DNA from: Eledone cirrhosa
Lineage: Eukaryota
Length of the DNA stretch: 64,000 nt
Assembly: GCA_964016885.1 (NCBI GenBank)
Contig: OZ024752.1
Span: forward strand, 49,166,001-49,230,000
Reading direction: 5' to 3'
Shown here one piece after another: positions 26,346 through 39,530 of this stretch. Position 1 is the first letter of the stretch, and each line of letters begins with the position of its first letter. The notes below the pieces were generated by a model. That model was not told where the DNA came from, made no database searches, and worked only from the letters and a program-made list of their open reading frames with translations. Position numbers and translations under genes: made by a program.

Positions 26346-26565
26346 TTTGTTATTGTCATGCATATTTTATTTCCAATGTATTGACCATCAATAGGCAATA
26401 TTCATTTTATAATCACTGGTACATAAACCATTATTTTATGAAAGGAATAAGTAATAATATCCATTTTCTTCATCAAACTGTAACAAAACTGTGTGCCTAT
26501 CTATCTGTGTGTGTGTGGTGCATGCGAGTGTGTGTGTGGTGTGTGTATTATTTATGTTTACGTCC

Positions 26566-26693
26566 CTTTACAATCTGAGTTCAAATCCCGCCGAGGTTGA
26601 CTTTGCCTTTCATCCTTACGGGGGTCGATAGAATAAAGTACCAGTAATGCACTGAGTAATTTGCTGGCCTTGTGCCAAAAGTAGAAACAATTA
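26566..26693 (+). mobile_element. family B SINE, 5'-truncated
   Basis: B box, body and tail. Confidence 0.85.
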
Positions 26694-26719
26694 TTGTGTT
26701 CAGCTATGTAGAGTGATAG

Positions 26720-26771
<52 letters not shown>

Positions 26772-27687
26772 CTATAGACAGGTGGATGACATTGTTGGCA
26801 GACAATGCTAAACTCTAGCATGAATGAAAACATTTCAGAATGATTTTGTCACATTTTTAGACAGTCATGTATGTGACAGATGGACCAATATTTTAAAATA
26901 TTTTGAAAATGCAGTATGATCCCTAAAACATAAATTTTAAATCCCAAAGTTGGTTTAAAAATCATAAATAATTCCATAAACATGAAAAAGAAAGATAAAA
27001 ACAAAACTATGTGGTGAGAAAAAAGATGGGGGGAGAGGTAAAGAAGGGCAGATCTGGCTGTATGGGAAAATAGAGGAAACGACTATAAATGCCATAAATG
27101 AGAAGGGAGGGAAAAAGCAAGGACTCTTGGGCCACAGAAAAAGGGAGGGGGAAGGAGAGAGGATGATGGGTTCTGGCCTAGAGTGGGGCAGTATCGAGGC
27201 ATTCCAACACTGATCATCTTTACAGTGGGGGAAATGCATTCTATTAACTAGGGATTCGCGAAGGAGAGGAAGGGAAACTATAAACCATCCCATCCCCTAG
27301 AAACTGAAAAGCTTAAGGACATCATTCCTCGCAATTTCTGTGATTACATTGTGTGATTATCCAATGTAATTGTGTGATTATCCTTTAAAAGAGTACGATG
27401 GGAATCGAGGAAAATTTAGTTGCTATTTCTAGCAGGTTCAGCAACCACATACAGACTCACTCATTAGATTGCGGTAAATTCATTTCATCATGTAGGTAAA
27501 TTCAAAACAGAAGTAATTATCAAGGCACAATTATAAAATAAATTTAACTGACCACAATTTTATTAACAGAATTAAGATTAGGAATACTTAGAACTTTTCT
27601 AACTTAATGAAAAATTGAATAATCTAACAAAAGATCAAAAATTTTATTCTATGAAATTTATTGAAAGTATGTCTATATGATTTAAAT

Positions 27688-28249
27688 GTATATATATATA
27701 TGTGTGTGAGAGTATTTACACATTTACACATACATGTGTGTCAGTGTGTATACATTTAGACATATACACATCATCATCATCATATACATACATATATGTA
27801 CCTATGGGTGTGTGTATACATATAGACAAATATACTTATATATATACACATATATATATACACACATATATATATACATGTAGACATATTTATATATATA
27901 TACATATATACATATATACATATATACATATATACATATATACATATACATATATATACATATATACATATATACATATATACATATACATATATAAACA
28001 CACACACATATATACATATAGACATATATTTATATATACATATACACATATATATACATATATACATATACATATATAAACACACACCCACACACATACA
28101 TATAGACATATTTATATATATATATATATATATACAGATATACACACACACACACATACATATTTATATATATACATATATGTCACACCCTTGCAAGCAG
28201 GGAAAAGCGGACGTAAAATGATGATGGTGATGATGATATATACACATAT

Positions 28250-28309
<60 letters not shown>

Positions 28310-28312
28310 ATA

Positions 28313-28376
<64 letters not shown>
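27688..28376. repeat. compound TA/CA/TACATA microsatellite containing an RTE-type 3' tip (28185-28237)
   Basis: Direct inspection; CCCTTGCAAGCAGGGAAAAGCGGACGTAAAATGATG embedded. Confidence 0.9.
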
Positions 28377-28378
<2 letters not shown>

Positions 28379-28974
28379 AAACAATAACAAAAAATAATAA
28401 ATAATCTTGAAAAGAATTCTGATCAAGTATAATCTTGAAATTCTATGTTGAAATAATTATATTAAACATTTCTCTTAAAAATGAATGATTTTTAAAGTTC
28501 TTCTTCCACTCCCCAAAGAAAATTTCCCTAATAAGGACAATTGTTTTATAGATATCAAATTAGCATATAAATAAATGCTGATATATCTCACAGGCATTCC
28601 TTCTATATATTCGAATATATGACTAAACTACAAAGGATTAGAAATTATTTAACTGGGTACAAAAATTTAATTATCGCTTCTAATTATATTTTCACATAAA
28701 TTTTGAATTGATCAAACTTATTTCTGACAAGCTTTATGAAAATAATTTAAATAGGCCAATTAGATAAACGCATGTTTACAATAAGATTAAGGGAATATAT
28801 TTGATAAATTATACATAGCCTACATAGAAAATATAAGCATAAATAAACTGAGTTGCTGTAACAGCAAACTAATCATTTCTGTAGATAATGTAGGGGCCCT
28901 GATTTTAAAGGGAATGGGATATAGTAACTTGATCTCACAATGGCTGTGTGTACATACATGGCACACACAAAGGA

Positions 28975-29352
28975 GATAGAGTAAGGGTGTGTCTGTGTAT
29001 GGGAGAGTAAGAGTGTGTCTGTGTATGGGAGAGTAAGAGTGTGTCTGTGTATGGGAGAGTAAGAGTGTGTATGTGTATGTGAGGGTTTAGATCTGTGTGT
29101 GAGAGAGAGCGAGGGGGAGAGAGAGGGGGAGAGAGAGAGTGAGAGAGGGGAGAGAGAGAGAGAGAGAGCGAGAGGGGGGAGCGAGAGATAGGGGGGGGGG
29201 AGAAGAAAGTGTGTGCATGTGTATGGGAGAGTTTAGATCTGTGTGTGAGAGGGGGGAGAGAGAGGGGGACAGAATGAGAGAGAGAGAGGGACAGGGAGTG
29301 AGAGAGAGAGTAAGAGAGAGAGGGACAGAGAGTGGGAGAGAGAGAGAGAGAC
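28975..29352. repeat. 26-bp tandem (GAGTAAGAGTGTGTCTGTGTATGGGA) and (GA)n-rich tract
   Basis: Direct inspection. Confidence 0.9.
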
Positions 29353-29445
29353 TGAATAGCTGATGAAGGATATGACAATAATAACTGAGGTAGAATAAAA
29401 ATATTTGAATTCATTTGATAAATATCAACAAAAAAATGTCTACTT

Positions 29446-29712
29446 TATATATATATAACACATATATATTTACATATATATGTTATATAACATATATATA
29501 CATATATATATATGTTATATAACACATATATATTTACATATATATGTGTTATATAACATATATATACATATATATATATGTTATAAAACATATATATACA
29601 TATATATATATGTTATATAACCCATATATATATATATACATATATATGTATATATATATGCGTGTGTTATATAACACACATATACATACATATATAACAC
29701 ACATATATATAG
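29446..29712. repeat. TA-rich compound repeat (TATGTTATATAACACATA-type units)
   Basis: Direct inspection. Confidence 0.85.
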
Positions 29713-29983
29713 TGTTAAATGTGTTTTTGTAGCTGAGTAATTGTATTGTGTTGTGGGTTGATTGGTTCTGGTTTGTTCTATTTACTTTTGATTTTGATGT
29801 TGGGTGATATTATCAGAACATTGTTATATATATACACAATTGTATACACACAAACTTAATTACATATACACACATAATTACATACATATATATGTATGTA
29901 TGTATGTGTATATGTATGTATGTGTATATGTATATACACACACACACACACACACACACATACAATTACATATATATATATAT

Positions 29984-30264
29984 ACCGGGTGATGTGTTGT
30001 TTCCTTGAGCAAGACACTTTATTTCACATTGCTCCAGTTTACTCAGCTGTAGAAATGAGACGATAGGGACTGGGTTCCCTATCATTCCACTGCAAAGTGG
30101 TCGTGGAGGTGCCACGGCCAAAAAGCACCCAGCACTCACTGTAAATGAGGTTGGTGTTAGGAAGGGCATCCAGCTGTAGAAATCAAGCCAGAATCAGTTC
30201 CCGTCCCACCCTTGCAAGCAGGGAAAAGCGGACGTAAAATGATGATGATGATGATGACGATGAT
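29984..30264 (+). mobile_element. family A SINE lacking tRNA head, RTE-type tail
   Basis: Near-identical to 5944-6224 with the same 5' start. Confidence 0.9.
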
Positions 30265-30433
30265 ATATATATACATACATACACACACACAAACAAATAG
30301 AGGTATATTTAAATGCTACCGAGAAGAAACTGCTATCCTAATATATGTTGATATAAAATATGTTCTGGCAAAAGAAAAAGAGCTTATTGTGCTGGTCGGA
30401 GTCTTTGAGTCTTCAAATTTAAATCTTACATAA

Positions 30434-30710
30434 TAGTTGTTTCTACTTTTGGCACAAGGCCAGCAATTATCCCAGTGTATTACTGGTACTTTATTTTATC
30501 GACCCTGTAAGGATGAAAGGCAAAGTTAACCTCGACAGGATTTGAACTCAGACCGTAAAGGGACATAACTATGCTGGAAAGCATGGCGTCCGACCCTCTA
30601 CCGATACTGCCAATCCACCGCCCTAACATGGTGTCCGACCCTCTACCGATACTGTCAATCCACCGCCCTAACATGGCGTCCGACCCTCTACTGATACTGC
30701 CAATCCACCA
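30434..30710 (-). mobile_element. family B SINE with triplicated 5' head segment
   Basis: CATGGYGTCCGACCCTCTACYGATACTGYCAATCCACC occurs 3 times at 45-bp spacing. Confidence 0.9.
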
Positions 30711-30744
30711 ATGCAAGAAAGATATGTATTAGCTATGGTTTGGA

Positions 30745-31037
30745 AGGCACTCCATTTATTATGACGACAAGTGTTCCAGCTGATCCAATTAACGGAACAC
30801 CCTGCTCATGAAATTAACAAGCAAGAGACTGAGCATTCTACAAACACGCGTACCCTTAATGTAGTTCTCAAACTGACCCTTCGAATTACAGGTACAACTC
30901 AGTTTTGGAAGCTGAGTGAACTGGAGCACTGTGAAATAAAGTTTCTTGCTTAAGAACACAGCGCGCCTCCGGGAATCAAACTCATGACCTTATGATTGTG
31001 AGCAGAATTCCCTAACCACAAAGCCACAGGACTTCAC
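30745..31037 (-). mobile_element. tRNA-CORE-like SINE with a different tail
   Basis: Minus strand: TGTGGCTTTGTGGTTAGG head, AAGCAAGAAACTTTATTTCAC body, TTAATTTCATGAGCAGGGTGTTCCGTT tail. Confidence 0.75.
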
Positions 31038-31599
31038 TATGTGTGCTGTGTGTTGTGCTTGAATTTCGCTAAGTAGGAGTAAATATTTAGAATGGTATTG
31101 TCTTAGTATTGAGAAGTGTTGCTGGTACTACTTCACAGAATTTTGGAACTTACTAGTACTGGAATACTAAGAGAAATATAATTAAAAATTAGATTTAAAT
31201 TTCAGAACTTTTTTCTTAAAGCTAACATAAGTTATAAAATGATATCTAAGCTAAGCTAAGCTATATTTTGAAAATAACATTATGAAATGATATCTTAAAT
31301 ATTAAATGGTTATATTTTATAAAAATTCACAAAACAAATAAAGAAAATCAAAAGCACTCAGAAATATATCTATAGAATGATAAAATCCAATTTAAGTTTA
31401 ATTAAATTAGTAAAATAAATAGTTAAATTACATTTGATAACATTAAATATGTTATCAATTGAAGATAATAGTTCTCAACAAATATCTATAGCAGCTGATA
31501 TAATTAACAAAACTTCTTTTCAAAATCTCCAAATTAGAAAGAAGTTGGAAATATATCCTATAATTAATGTTTGCATAAACAAATTACATAATAGAGGAA

Positions 31600-31965
31600 C
31601 CATTTTAGCCATTGAATTCCATGTGTCTAACACACATAGGCATGCCTACAAAGTCAGAAAACAGCACAGCTCCTATGACATTTTTTCACACTCAGAGTTG
31701 CTGAAACATGGAACAAACTACCTGCATCAGATGTTAGCTGGTGAGACACTGCATCCTTTAAAACCTCCATGCTTCCTGAAATTCGCCAACACTACACCTG
31801 ATATTCCGCCTCCATATACACGCACACACGCATGTATCTCTATATATATCATGACTCATACACTGTTCACTTTCCTGACATTTTTACATTATTCTATGTA
31901 CTATACATGCACCTTTGATGAGTTGTAGTGCACCTGAGCACTGTACACAATAATTCCATTATTTT
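31600..31965 (+). mobile_element. CR1-clade LINE 3' end
   Basis: NTHRHAYKVRKQHSS, then frameshifted FFTLRVAE.WNKLPAS; 3' UTR ends GTGCACCTGAGCACTGTACACAATAAT. Confidence 0.8.
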
Positions 31966-33076
31966 ATTTATTTTATTATTTATTTATTTAAAACCTATTC
32001 TCCCAGTGCCCAACATTCACTAACATTATATGTCAGTTACCTGGACACTGGTGGAGAAGTCTCCTGTCAGGTTATATCACGATATCATAAAATAAATGAC
32101 AAATGATCCTCAGTTTTTGTGGGTTTTCAAAATGTTAAAATTATTTTCCACTTGGTAATTGTTTCAGTTTTAACAAACCAACTCAAATCAAGTCACATGC
32201 CAAACATCTACAACTCCACCCCACCAACCAAAAAAGAAAAAGAAAACCTTTTCTTAAAAGTTAACTTATTTATGGCAACATGTAGTCTGCTATTGAATAA
32301 AGTAAAAAGATACCTACATTTGAACTGTTTTAATATATCAAGGTATTTTAATAACCATATTTTCTTGCATCATGTGGATGAAAATCTAGTTAAAACCCTT
32401 AAGGTTTATTCTGTATTGATTTGACTCATATTTAGGACAGATGAAATTAATACATTGAAGATATGAAAATAGCGAAGATTCCTCTCTTTAATATATCAAC
32501 CAGATTGATGTATTATTTATATACACTTATTTTCTGACAGTACCTGAACCACAAAAGAAAATATTTTCTTTTAAAAGTAGGAAATGAAAGAGAATCTTTG
32601 TTCTGTTACAAATATAATTTATAAAAAGAATAATTTCAAACCTTGTCTGACAAAGCAATTTCCTTTCTTTACAAATACATCATATTCCCTGCTTTTTTGT
32701 GATCAATGAAGACATGCAACAAAATTTTAAGGTTTTTACCAAGAAAATAAAAGAAGTATTTTCTTATTGAGATGTGTAGTTTGCATCGTATGAAGTGTGA
32801 TAACTTAGGGCAAGGAAACAAGTTCTTGCAGGCAGTAGAGTCATGTCAAAATCTATGATTTCTCATTTCCTGGTTAAGTTAACTAAACACTAAGAAAATA
32901 AAACCTTAAATTAAAAAAAAATATATATATATATTCCTTCATAAGGAAAATGCTCTCAAATAATAATAATAATAATAATAGATCTGAAGATTGAAAAATT
33001 GCAGTAATAAAATAAAATTAGTGGACAATGCTTTCAAAGAATTTTTAGCATTATCAATATTCTTTTCTTGTAGATA

Positions 33077-33079
<3 letters not shown>

Positions 33080-33122
<43 letters not shown>
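33080..33122. repeat. (TAA)n microsatellite
   Basis: Direct inspection. Confidence 0.95.
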
Positions 33123-33130
<8 letters not shown>

Positions 33131-33302
33131 CGAAATTAAAATAAAATAATCTGTCATTAAAGTGTTTATAACATAAAAATGCTAAAACAAAAGAAAACAA
33201 TGGAATAATTTTCAAGCAAATATCCTTCTTGACAGTGAAAGCAGTGATTTGTATTTATGGCTTTTCAGCATTACATTAAAACAGCAGCAATAATAATAGT
33301 AA

Positions 33303-33510
33303 TGGTTTCTTATATAGGCACAAGGCCAGCAATTTGGGGGAGGGGAAATTTGATTAAATTGACCCCAGTGCGTGACTGGTACTTTATTTTATCGACCCTG
33401 TAAGGATGAAAGGCTAAGTTAACCTCGACGGGATTTGAACTTAAACCAGACAGGAGCATAACTCTATGCTGCAAAGTATGGCTTCCGACCCTCTACCGAT
33501 ACTGCCAATC
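33303..33510 (-). mobile_element. family B SINE, longer-tail variant
   Basis: Match to family. Confidence 0.85.
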
Positions 33511-33532
33511 TACATAATAATAATAATAATAA

Positions 33533-33845
33533 CCCCCACAGATGACAATATATCTTCCAAGGAAATAGGAAAACTCTCCAAATATAAAGATCTAGAATTA
33601 GAAATAACTCCAATAATAGGTGCTCTGGGAATGATAAAAAAAACACACACACAGAGACAAACACAGCCAAAACCCCAGGACTTATAAATATATATATACA
33701 GCATACAAAAGATAGCACTACTAGGCACTGCACACATTACGAAAAGTATTATCAATACAATAGAAACAACATCAGCAAAAGCTACACTGCACATACCCAA
33801 GGCACATGTGCTTGGTAAAGCAGTAATGATGCGCTATAAAAATAA
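33533..33845 (+). mobile_element. R4/Dong-type LINE 3' end (restriction-like endonuclease C-terminus plus 3' UTR)
   Basis: PTDDNISSKEIGKLSKYKDLELEI.PIIGALGMIKK, then frameshifted IQKIALLGTAHI; preceded by (TAA)n. Confidence 0.75.
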
Positions 33846-34681
33846 CCATAGTTTTGAAGCCTGAAAAAAGACAGGCCAGCTGGCTGCACTGAACCCACCT
33901 CACAGTGGAACCATAGTTTTGGAGCCTGGTACTGGATGGTGCCAATACGAAGAAGGACAGGCCAGCTGGCTGCACTGAACCCATCTCACAGTGGAACTAT
34001 AGTTTTGGAGCCTGGTACTGGATGGTGCCAATACGAAGAAGGACAGGCCAGCTGGCTGCACTGAACCCATCTCACAGTGGAACCATAGTTTTGGAGCCTG
34101 GTACTGGATGGTGCCAATACGAAGAAGGACAGGCCAGCTGGCTGCACTGAACCCATCTCACAGTGGAACTATAGTTTTGGAGCCTGGTACTGGATGGTGC
34201 CAATACGAAGAAGGACAGGCCAGCTGGCTGCACTGAACCCATCTCACAGTGGAACCATAGTTTTGGAGCCTGGTACTGGATGGTGCCAATACGAAGAAGG
34301 ACAGGCCAGCTGGCTGCACTGAACCCATCTCACAGTGGAACCATAGTTTTGGAGCCTGGTACTGGACGGTGCCAATACGAAGAAGGACAGGCCAGCTGGC
34401 TGCACTGAACCCATCTCACAGTGGAACCATAGTTTTGGAGCCTGGTACTGGATGGTGCCAATACGAAGAAGGACAGGCCAGCTGGCTGCACTGAACCCAT
34501 CTCACAGTGGAACCATAGTTTTGGAGCCTGGTACTGGACGGTGCCAATACGAAGAAGGACAGGCCAGCTGGCTGCACTGAACCCATCTCACAGTGGAACT
34601 ATAGTTTTGGAGCCTGGTACTGGATGGTGCCAATACGAGGAGGGACAGGCCAGTGGGCTGAACTGAAACCATCCCACAGTC
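33845..34681. repeat. 86-bp tandem array, about 9.5 copies, highly homogeneous
   Basis: CACAGTGGAA recurs at 33901, 33987 and onward. Confidence 0.95.
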
Positions 34682-35463
34682 CGGGAGAATATTTAATTAA
34701 ATTTCTATGGAAATCCACAGCAAAATATCTAATTTTAGCAGATAGTGTATAGCAGCTATGAAGAAAAATGCTGTCTTTACTCTTACAAAAGATTAATAAT
34801 TAATGTAAAAACTAACAAACCATGTAATAAATCTAAAAACTAAGAAAACAGTTACTAAATTTACTATGTGCTTTATCAAATAAAAGTTAAGAATCATTTT
34901 ACCAATATTTATAATTGACATAATTTTCACGAGAAGTTGTTGATTTTTTTGTTGTTTTTTTTAACGCAATGAAAAAAAATGTAATAACTGATAGTAACAA
35001 TATAACTAAACTGTAACACTGAAATATTCTGTTAAAGAAGCATCTGACAGGAGAACAATTAGCTGAAGTTGTTATCATTTTCTTAATGGTTGTAATAACA
35101 GACAAGAGAAATTGAAGTATTTTGTTCTCTTCAATTTCTCCTTATGCCATTGAATTCAGAAAGTCTGTTGTATAGTAAGTAGCCTGTACATATAGAACAT
35201 TTAGAAATAAAAGGATTCAGCATGCAAATAATTCGAAATCTAATCTTAACAATTAATACTACACATAGGAAATGAAATGATAATATAAATGGATAATATA
35301 AATGGATCGTTTATTTACTATTTAAAATTATGTTACTAAAATATATGAAAAAGACAGCTTTTAAAAGATTTATTCTAAAGAAGTAATAGCTAAGTGGTAT
35401 ATTATTTAATATTATTGTGCTAATTTATCCTTCTTAACTGATAACCTTTTCATTGCCATATTT

Positions 35464-35686
35464 TTAACCCTTTAGCATTTACATTACTTTATATTTTGTA
35501 TTGTATTTTCATGGTAAAGGCTTTATCTCACATAATCTCAAATCTACCAAGGTTTTCATGCTATTATTGTTTATTTTGAGAATGATATCTTAATGCCAGC
35601 AAGAGTGGCTGGCTATGGCCAGTTTGAACAGAAAGAGAGGGAGAGAATTCTGGCCGGATATGGCCGGTTTAAATGCTAAAGGGTCA
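35464..35686 (+). mobile_element. piggyBac-like MITE (family M)
   Basis: TIRs CCCTTTAGCATTTA; right TSD reads TCAA. Confidence 0.85.
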
Positions 35687-36955
35687 AAGGAAGATAGTGC
35701 CAATAAGTTTCTAATTATTTTAATATCAAAATACAATCTAAGTTAGTATGGAAGAACAGATGTAAAAACGATAATGATCTCTTCATACAATTTCCAGCAT
35801 ATAATTAAATAACTCACACACATGTGATAAATGAAGAATGACAGGGTTATAGCACTTGTAAAAAAATAACATTTTATTCTAATATACATATTTGTTGTGT
35901 TTGGGTATAAGCAATGTTATGAATTATTTTAGCCAAATGCAGCCGTAGTGCCAAACAGTTTTATAAAGTAGAATCAGCTCAGTTTCTGAGGGTTTCATAT
36001 CATAATGTTTCATCTCATATAGTTAATCTGATCAAACAACAGGAATATGCATCATTTAAACTGGTGGAGATCCATTTAATTAATACATGCATCTGTATAT
36101 TGGAGGATTAAAATTAGAGAAAGTACATTTAACCTTCATTTACAATCTCCCATTCAATACTACATAACTTGTTAGAAAAGGGAAATGGACATTTCATGAA
36201 ACAAATATCAGGTGTCCAATCTCCTGCTGAAATTTGATAAATGCAACGTTGCTGCTAATAAATTATAGGACCATTATATATTCAGAAAAATGGACAATTT
36301 GCTAAATATAGAAGATATTGACCGGTTTATATTTATCAGTTGGAATCTTACTCAAGTTGATATAGAATTTCAACTACCTGGTCAATAATATGACCACTTG
36401 GAATAAATATATTCAAAAGATTGTCTGACATGCTGAATTTGTAAACTTCATTCAAATATTGTATTTTGAATCCACAATCTAAATTATTTAGTAAAAGTTG
36501 CTCAATCATGAGTTAACATAAAACTGTATTTTATGTCATACATTTCTATAAATCAATGTGGTTTCAGAAATTCATGAAAAAATTTAATTAACAGAAAATA
36601 AAATATCTTTAATTTCATGCAAAAATAGTTTTTAAAATATTTCTGCTTGAATAACATATTCAGGTTTTTTTGTTGTTTTTATCACCATCAATATTCATAT
36701 TCAACTTTATATTATTTTCTATTTTTCAGAGACATGTTTGTATTTCATGTTAGTATCTGTTAGATATAAGCACTAAGATTCTTAGGTCAAAATTCATTCG
36801 CCAGTATGTCTCTGTTAACAGCCTCAATGTCTGAGTTGATAGAAAGTCATCCTATTAATCTAAAGACAACATTTGCAGGACAAATTCATTTTGCTGTAAA
36901 TAAGAGTCCACATTTAGGTTACACTACACTAAAGCAGAAGTATTATATTATCAAT

Positions 36956-37140
36956 GGTGGATTGGCAGTATCGGTAGAGGGTCGGACGCCATGCTTTCCA
37001 GCATAGTTACGTCCCTTTACGATCTCAGTTCAAATCCCACCAAGGTTGACTTTGCCTTTCATCCTTACGGGGTCGATAAAATAAAGTACCAGTAATGAAC
37101 TGGGTAATTGCTGGCCTTGTGCCTAAAGTAGACACAATTA
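36956..37140 (+). mobile_element. family B SINE
   Basis: Full-length; TSD ATTATATTATCAA. Confidence 0.9.
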
Positions 37141-37248
37141 TATTATCAACATCATTTTCAGTAAGTTGCATAATGATCACAAAGCACAAAGTAGTAATAG
37201 AGCTGGGAAAAGTATAGCCTCCACAAGGGTGTATGGCTTTGTATGTAC

Positions 37249-37636
37249 GGTGGATTGGCAGTATCGGTAGAGGGTCAGACGCCATACTTTGTAGCAAAGA
37301 GTTACGGCCCTTTATGGTCTGAGTTCAAATCCCGCCGAGGTTAACTTTCCCTTTCATCCTTACGGGGGTCGATAAAATAAAGTACCAGAAATTCACTGGG
37401 ATAATTGCAGGCCTTGTGCCAAAAAGTAGAAACAATAATTATTATTATTATTATTATTATTATTGGCAGTATCGGTAGAGGGTTGGACACCATGCTTTCT
37501 AGCATAGTTATGTCCCTTTACGGTCTGAGTTCAAATCCCGCCAAGGTTAACTTTGCCTTTCATCCTTACGGGGTCGATAAAATAAAGTACCAGTAATGCA
37601 CTGGGATAATTGCTGGACTTGTGCCAAAAAGTAGAA

Positions 37637-37675
<39 letters not shown>
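37249..37675 (+). mobile_element. two head-to-tail family B SINEs, each followed by (ATT)n
   Basis: Second copy begins within the (ATT)n tail of the first at about 37462. Confidence 0.9.
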
Positions 37676-37733
37676 AAGATGAAATCATCTGCTATGCTTC
37701 AATGTCTCATGAGAACCATCAGTACTATCATAT

Positions 37734-37948
37734 TTAACCCTTTACCATTTACATTACTCTATATATACTATTGTATTTTCACAGTAAAGGCTTTACCTTA
37801 CATAATATCGAATCTATGAGATTTTGATGATATTTATTTTGAGAATAATACCTTAATGTAGGTATGAGCAGCCAGTTACAGCCGGTTTAAACAGAAAGAG
37901 GCGAGAGAATTCTGGCCAAATATGGCCGGTTTAAATGCTAAAGGGTTA
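37734..37948 (+). mobile_element. piggyBac-like MITE (family M)
   Basis: TTAA-flanked TIRs. Confidence 0.9.
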
Positions 37949-38016
37949 AAATGGGTGATTTTATTTCATAGAATCAGAGCTGGTTTTGGCCAGCTTGGTA
38001 ACTAAAGGGTCAGTGC

Positions 38017-38274
38017 AATAATGAAATTATTGTGTACAGTGCTCAGGTGCACTACAACTCATCAAAGGAGCATGTATAGTACATAGAATAATGTACAAAT
38101 GTCAGGGAAGTGAATAGTGTATGAATCATGATATACATGGTTTTAAAAAAGGATGCAGTGTCTCGACAGCTAATAACTGATGCAGGTAGTTTGTTCCATG
38201 CTTCAGCAACTCTGAGTGTGAAAAAAATGTTTCTGAAAGTCATGGGAGTTGTGCTGTTTTCTGACTTTGTTGGC
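38017..38274 (-). mobile_element. CR1-clade LINE 3' end
   Basis: ORF 38052..38243 FFTLRVAEAWNKLPASVISCRDTASF; same family as 31600-31965. Confidence 0.85.
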
Positions 38275-38784
38275 GAGATGGTTAATTAATAATTACTTAT
38301 ATAAACAACAAGCCAAAAAGGTTAGAGGAAATGAAATAGGAAAATATAATGTTTGTGCATTTCCTATGACATAGGTAGGTTGCTGTGATGATTCGAAACA
38401 ATTGTTTCTACAGAAAAAGAAATTGGGCACAGGGATACTGACCATATTTTTGAGAATTCACCACACAACTATATATCTACCACCTAAGTATCTAAAAATT
38501 AATAATAGGAGGCAATGGACCAAGGTTTGTCTATCTGTGAGTAATATAAATAGCTTATTTGTAAGTCAGTGTTTAAACTTAATATCCTTTGACAAACACA
38601 TTTCCGGAATCCATTTATTTCCTTAAGCTTTACATAGAAGTTTCAAAGTTTGCAGCTGAAATATTGTTAACATAGAGATAACAGATGAAAGAACTAAACA
38701 GCTTAAGCTTCACCCAAATACTTTGTCTATTGGAATGAATACATTTTACTTAATACTTAATTTAAACATGTTGACTTTACATAT

Positions 38785-38960
38785 AATGGTTTCTAATTTA
38801 AGGACAAGACTAGCAAATTTAGGGAGAGGAAAGTTGATAAAACTAACCCCAGTGCATGACTGGTACTATATTTTATCAATTCTAGAAGGATGAAATGCAA
38901 AGTTGACCTCAGTGGGATTTAAAGTCAGAATGTAAAGAGCCATCAGTAAATACTGCTCTA
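38785..38960 (-). mobile_element. older family B-related SINE
   Basis: CCCCAGTGCATGACTGGTACT...AAGGATGAAATGCAAAGTTGACCTC. Confidence 0.65.
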
Positions 38961-38974
38961 ACAAGTTTTCCAAT

Positions 38975-39530
38975 TAACCCTTTAGCATTTACTTGAAAGG
39001 ATTTACCTCACATAATATCTCACATAGCATTTACATTACTCTATATTTACTATTGTATTTTTATGGTAAACATTTCATCTCACATAATATCGAATCTATG
39101 AGATTTTGAAATTTATTTTGAGAACAATACCTTAACATCAGTATGAGCAGCCGGTTATAGCTGGTTTAAATAGAAAGAGGTGAGAGAATTCTTGCCGGGA
39201 ACGGCTGGTTTAAAAGCTAAAGGTTTAATACACCTATATATAAGATTTTTCAGCAGCAGTTTAACCCTTTAGCATTTACATTACTCTATATATATATACT
39301 ATCGTATTTTCACAGTCAACACTTTATTTCACATAATTATCTCACATAATATCGAATCTATAAGATTTTAATAGTATTTATTTTGAGAAAAATACCTTAA
39401 CATCAGTATGAGTGGCCGGTTATGGCTGGTTTGAATAGAAAGAGGCGAGGGAATTCTTGCCGGAATCAGCCAGTTTAAAAGCTAAAGGTTTAATACACCT
39501 AATATATAAGATTTTTCAGCAGCAGTTTAA
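38975..39530 (+). mobile_element. two tandem family M MITEs with duplicated flank
   Basis: Both end AAAAGCTAAAGGTTTAATACACCT...AAGATTTTTCAGCAGCAGTTTAA. Confidence 0.85.

Noticed and set aside
33845-34681. CRISPR-like regular arrays (also 9887-10132, 48675-49200)
   Set aside because: Contiguous tandem units without unique spacers, no cas genes, eukaryotic context.
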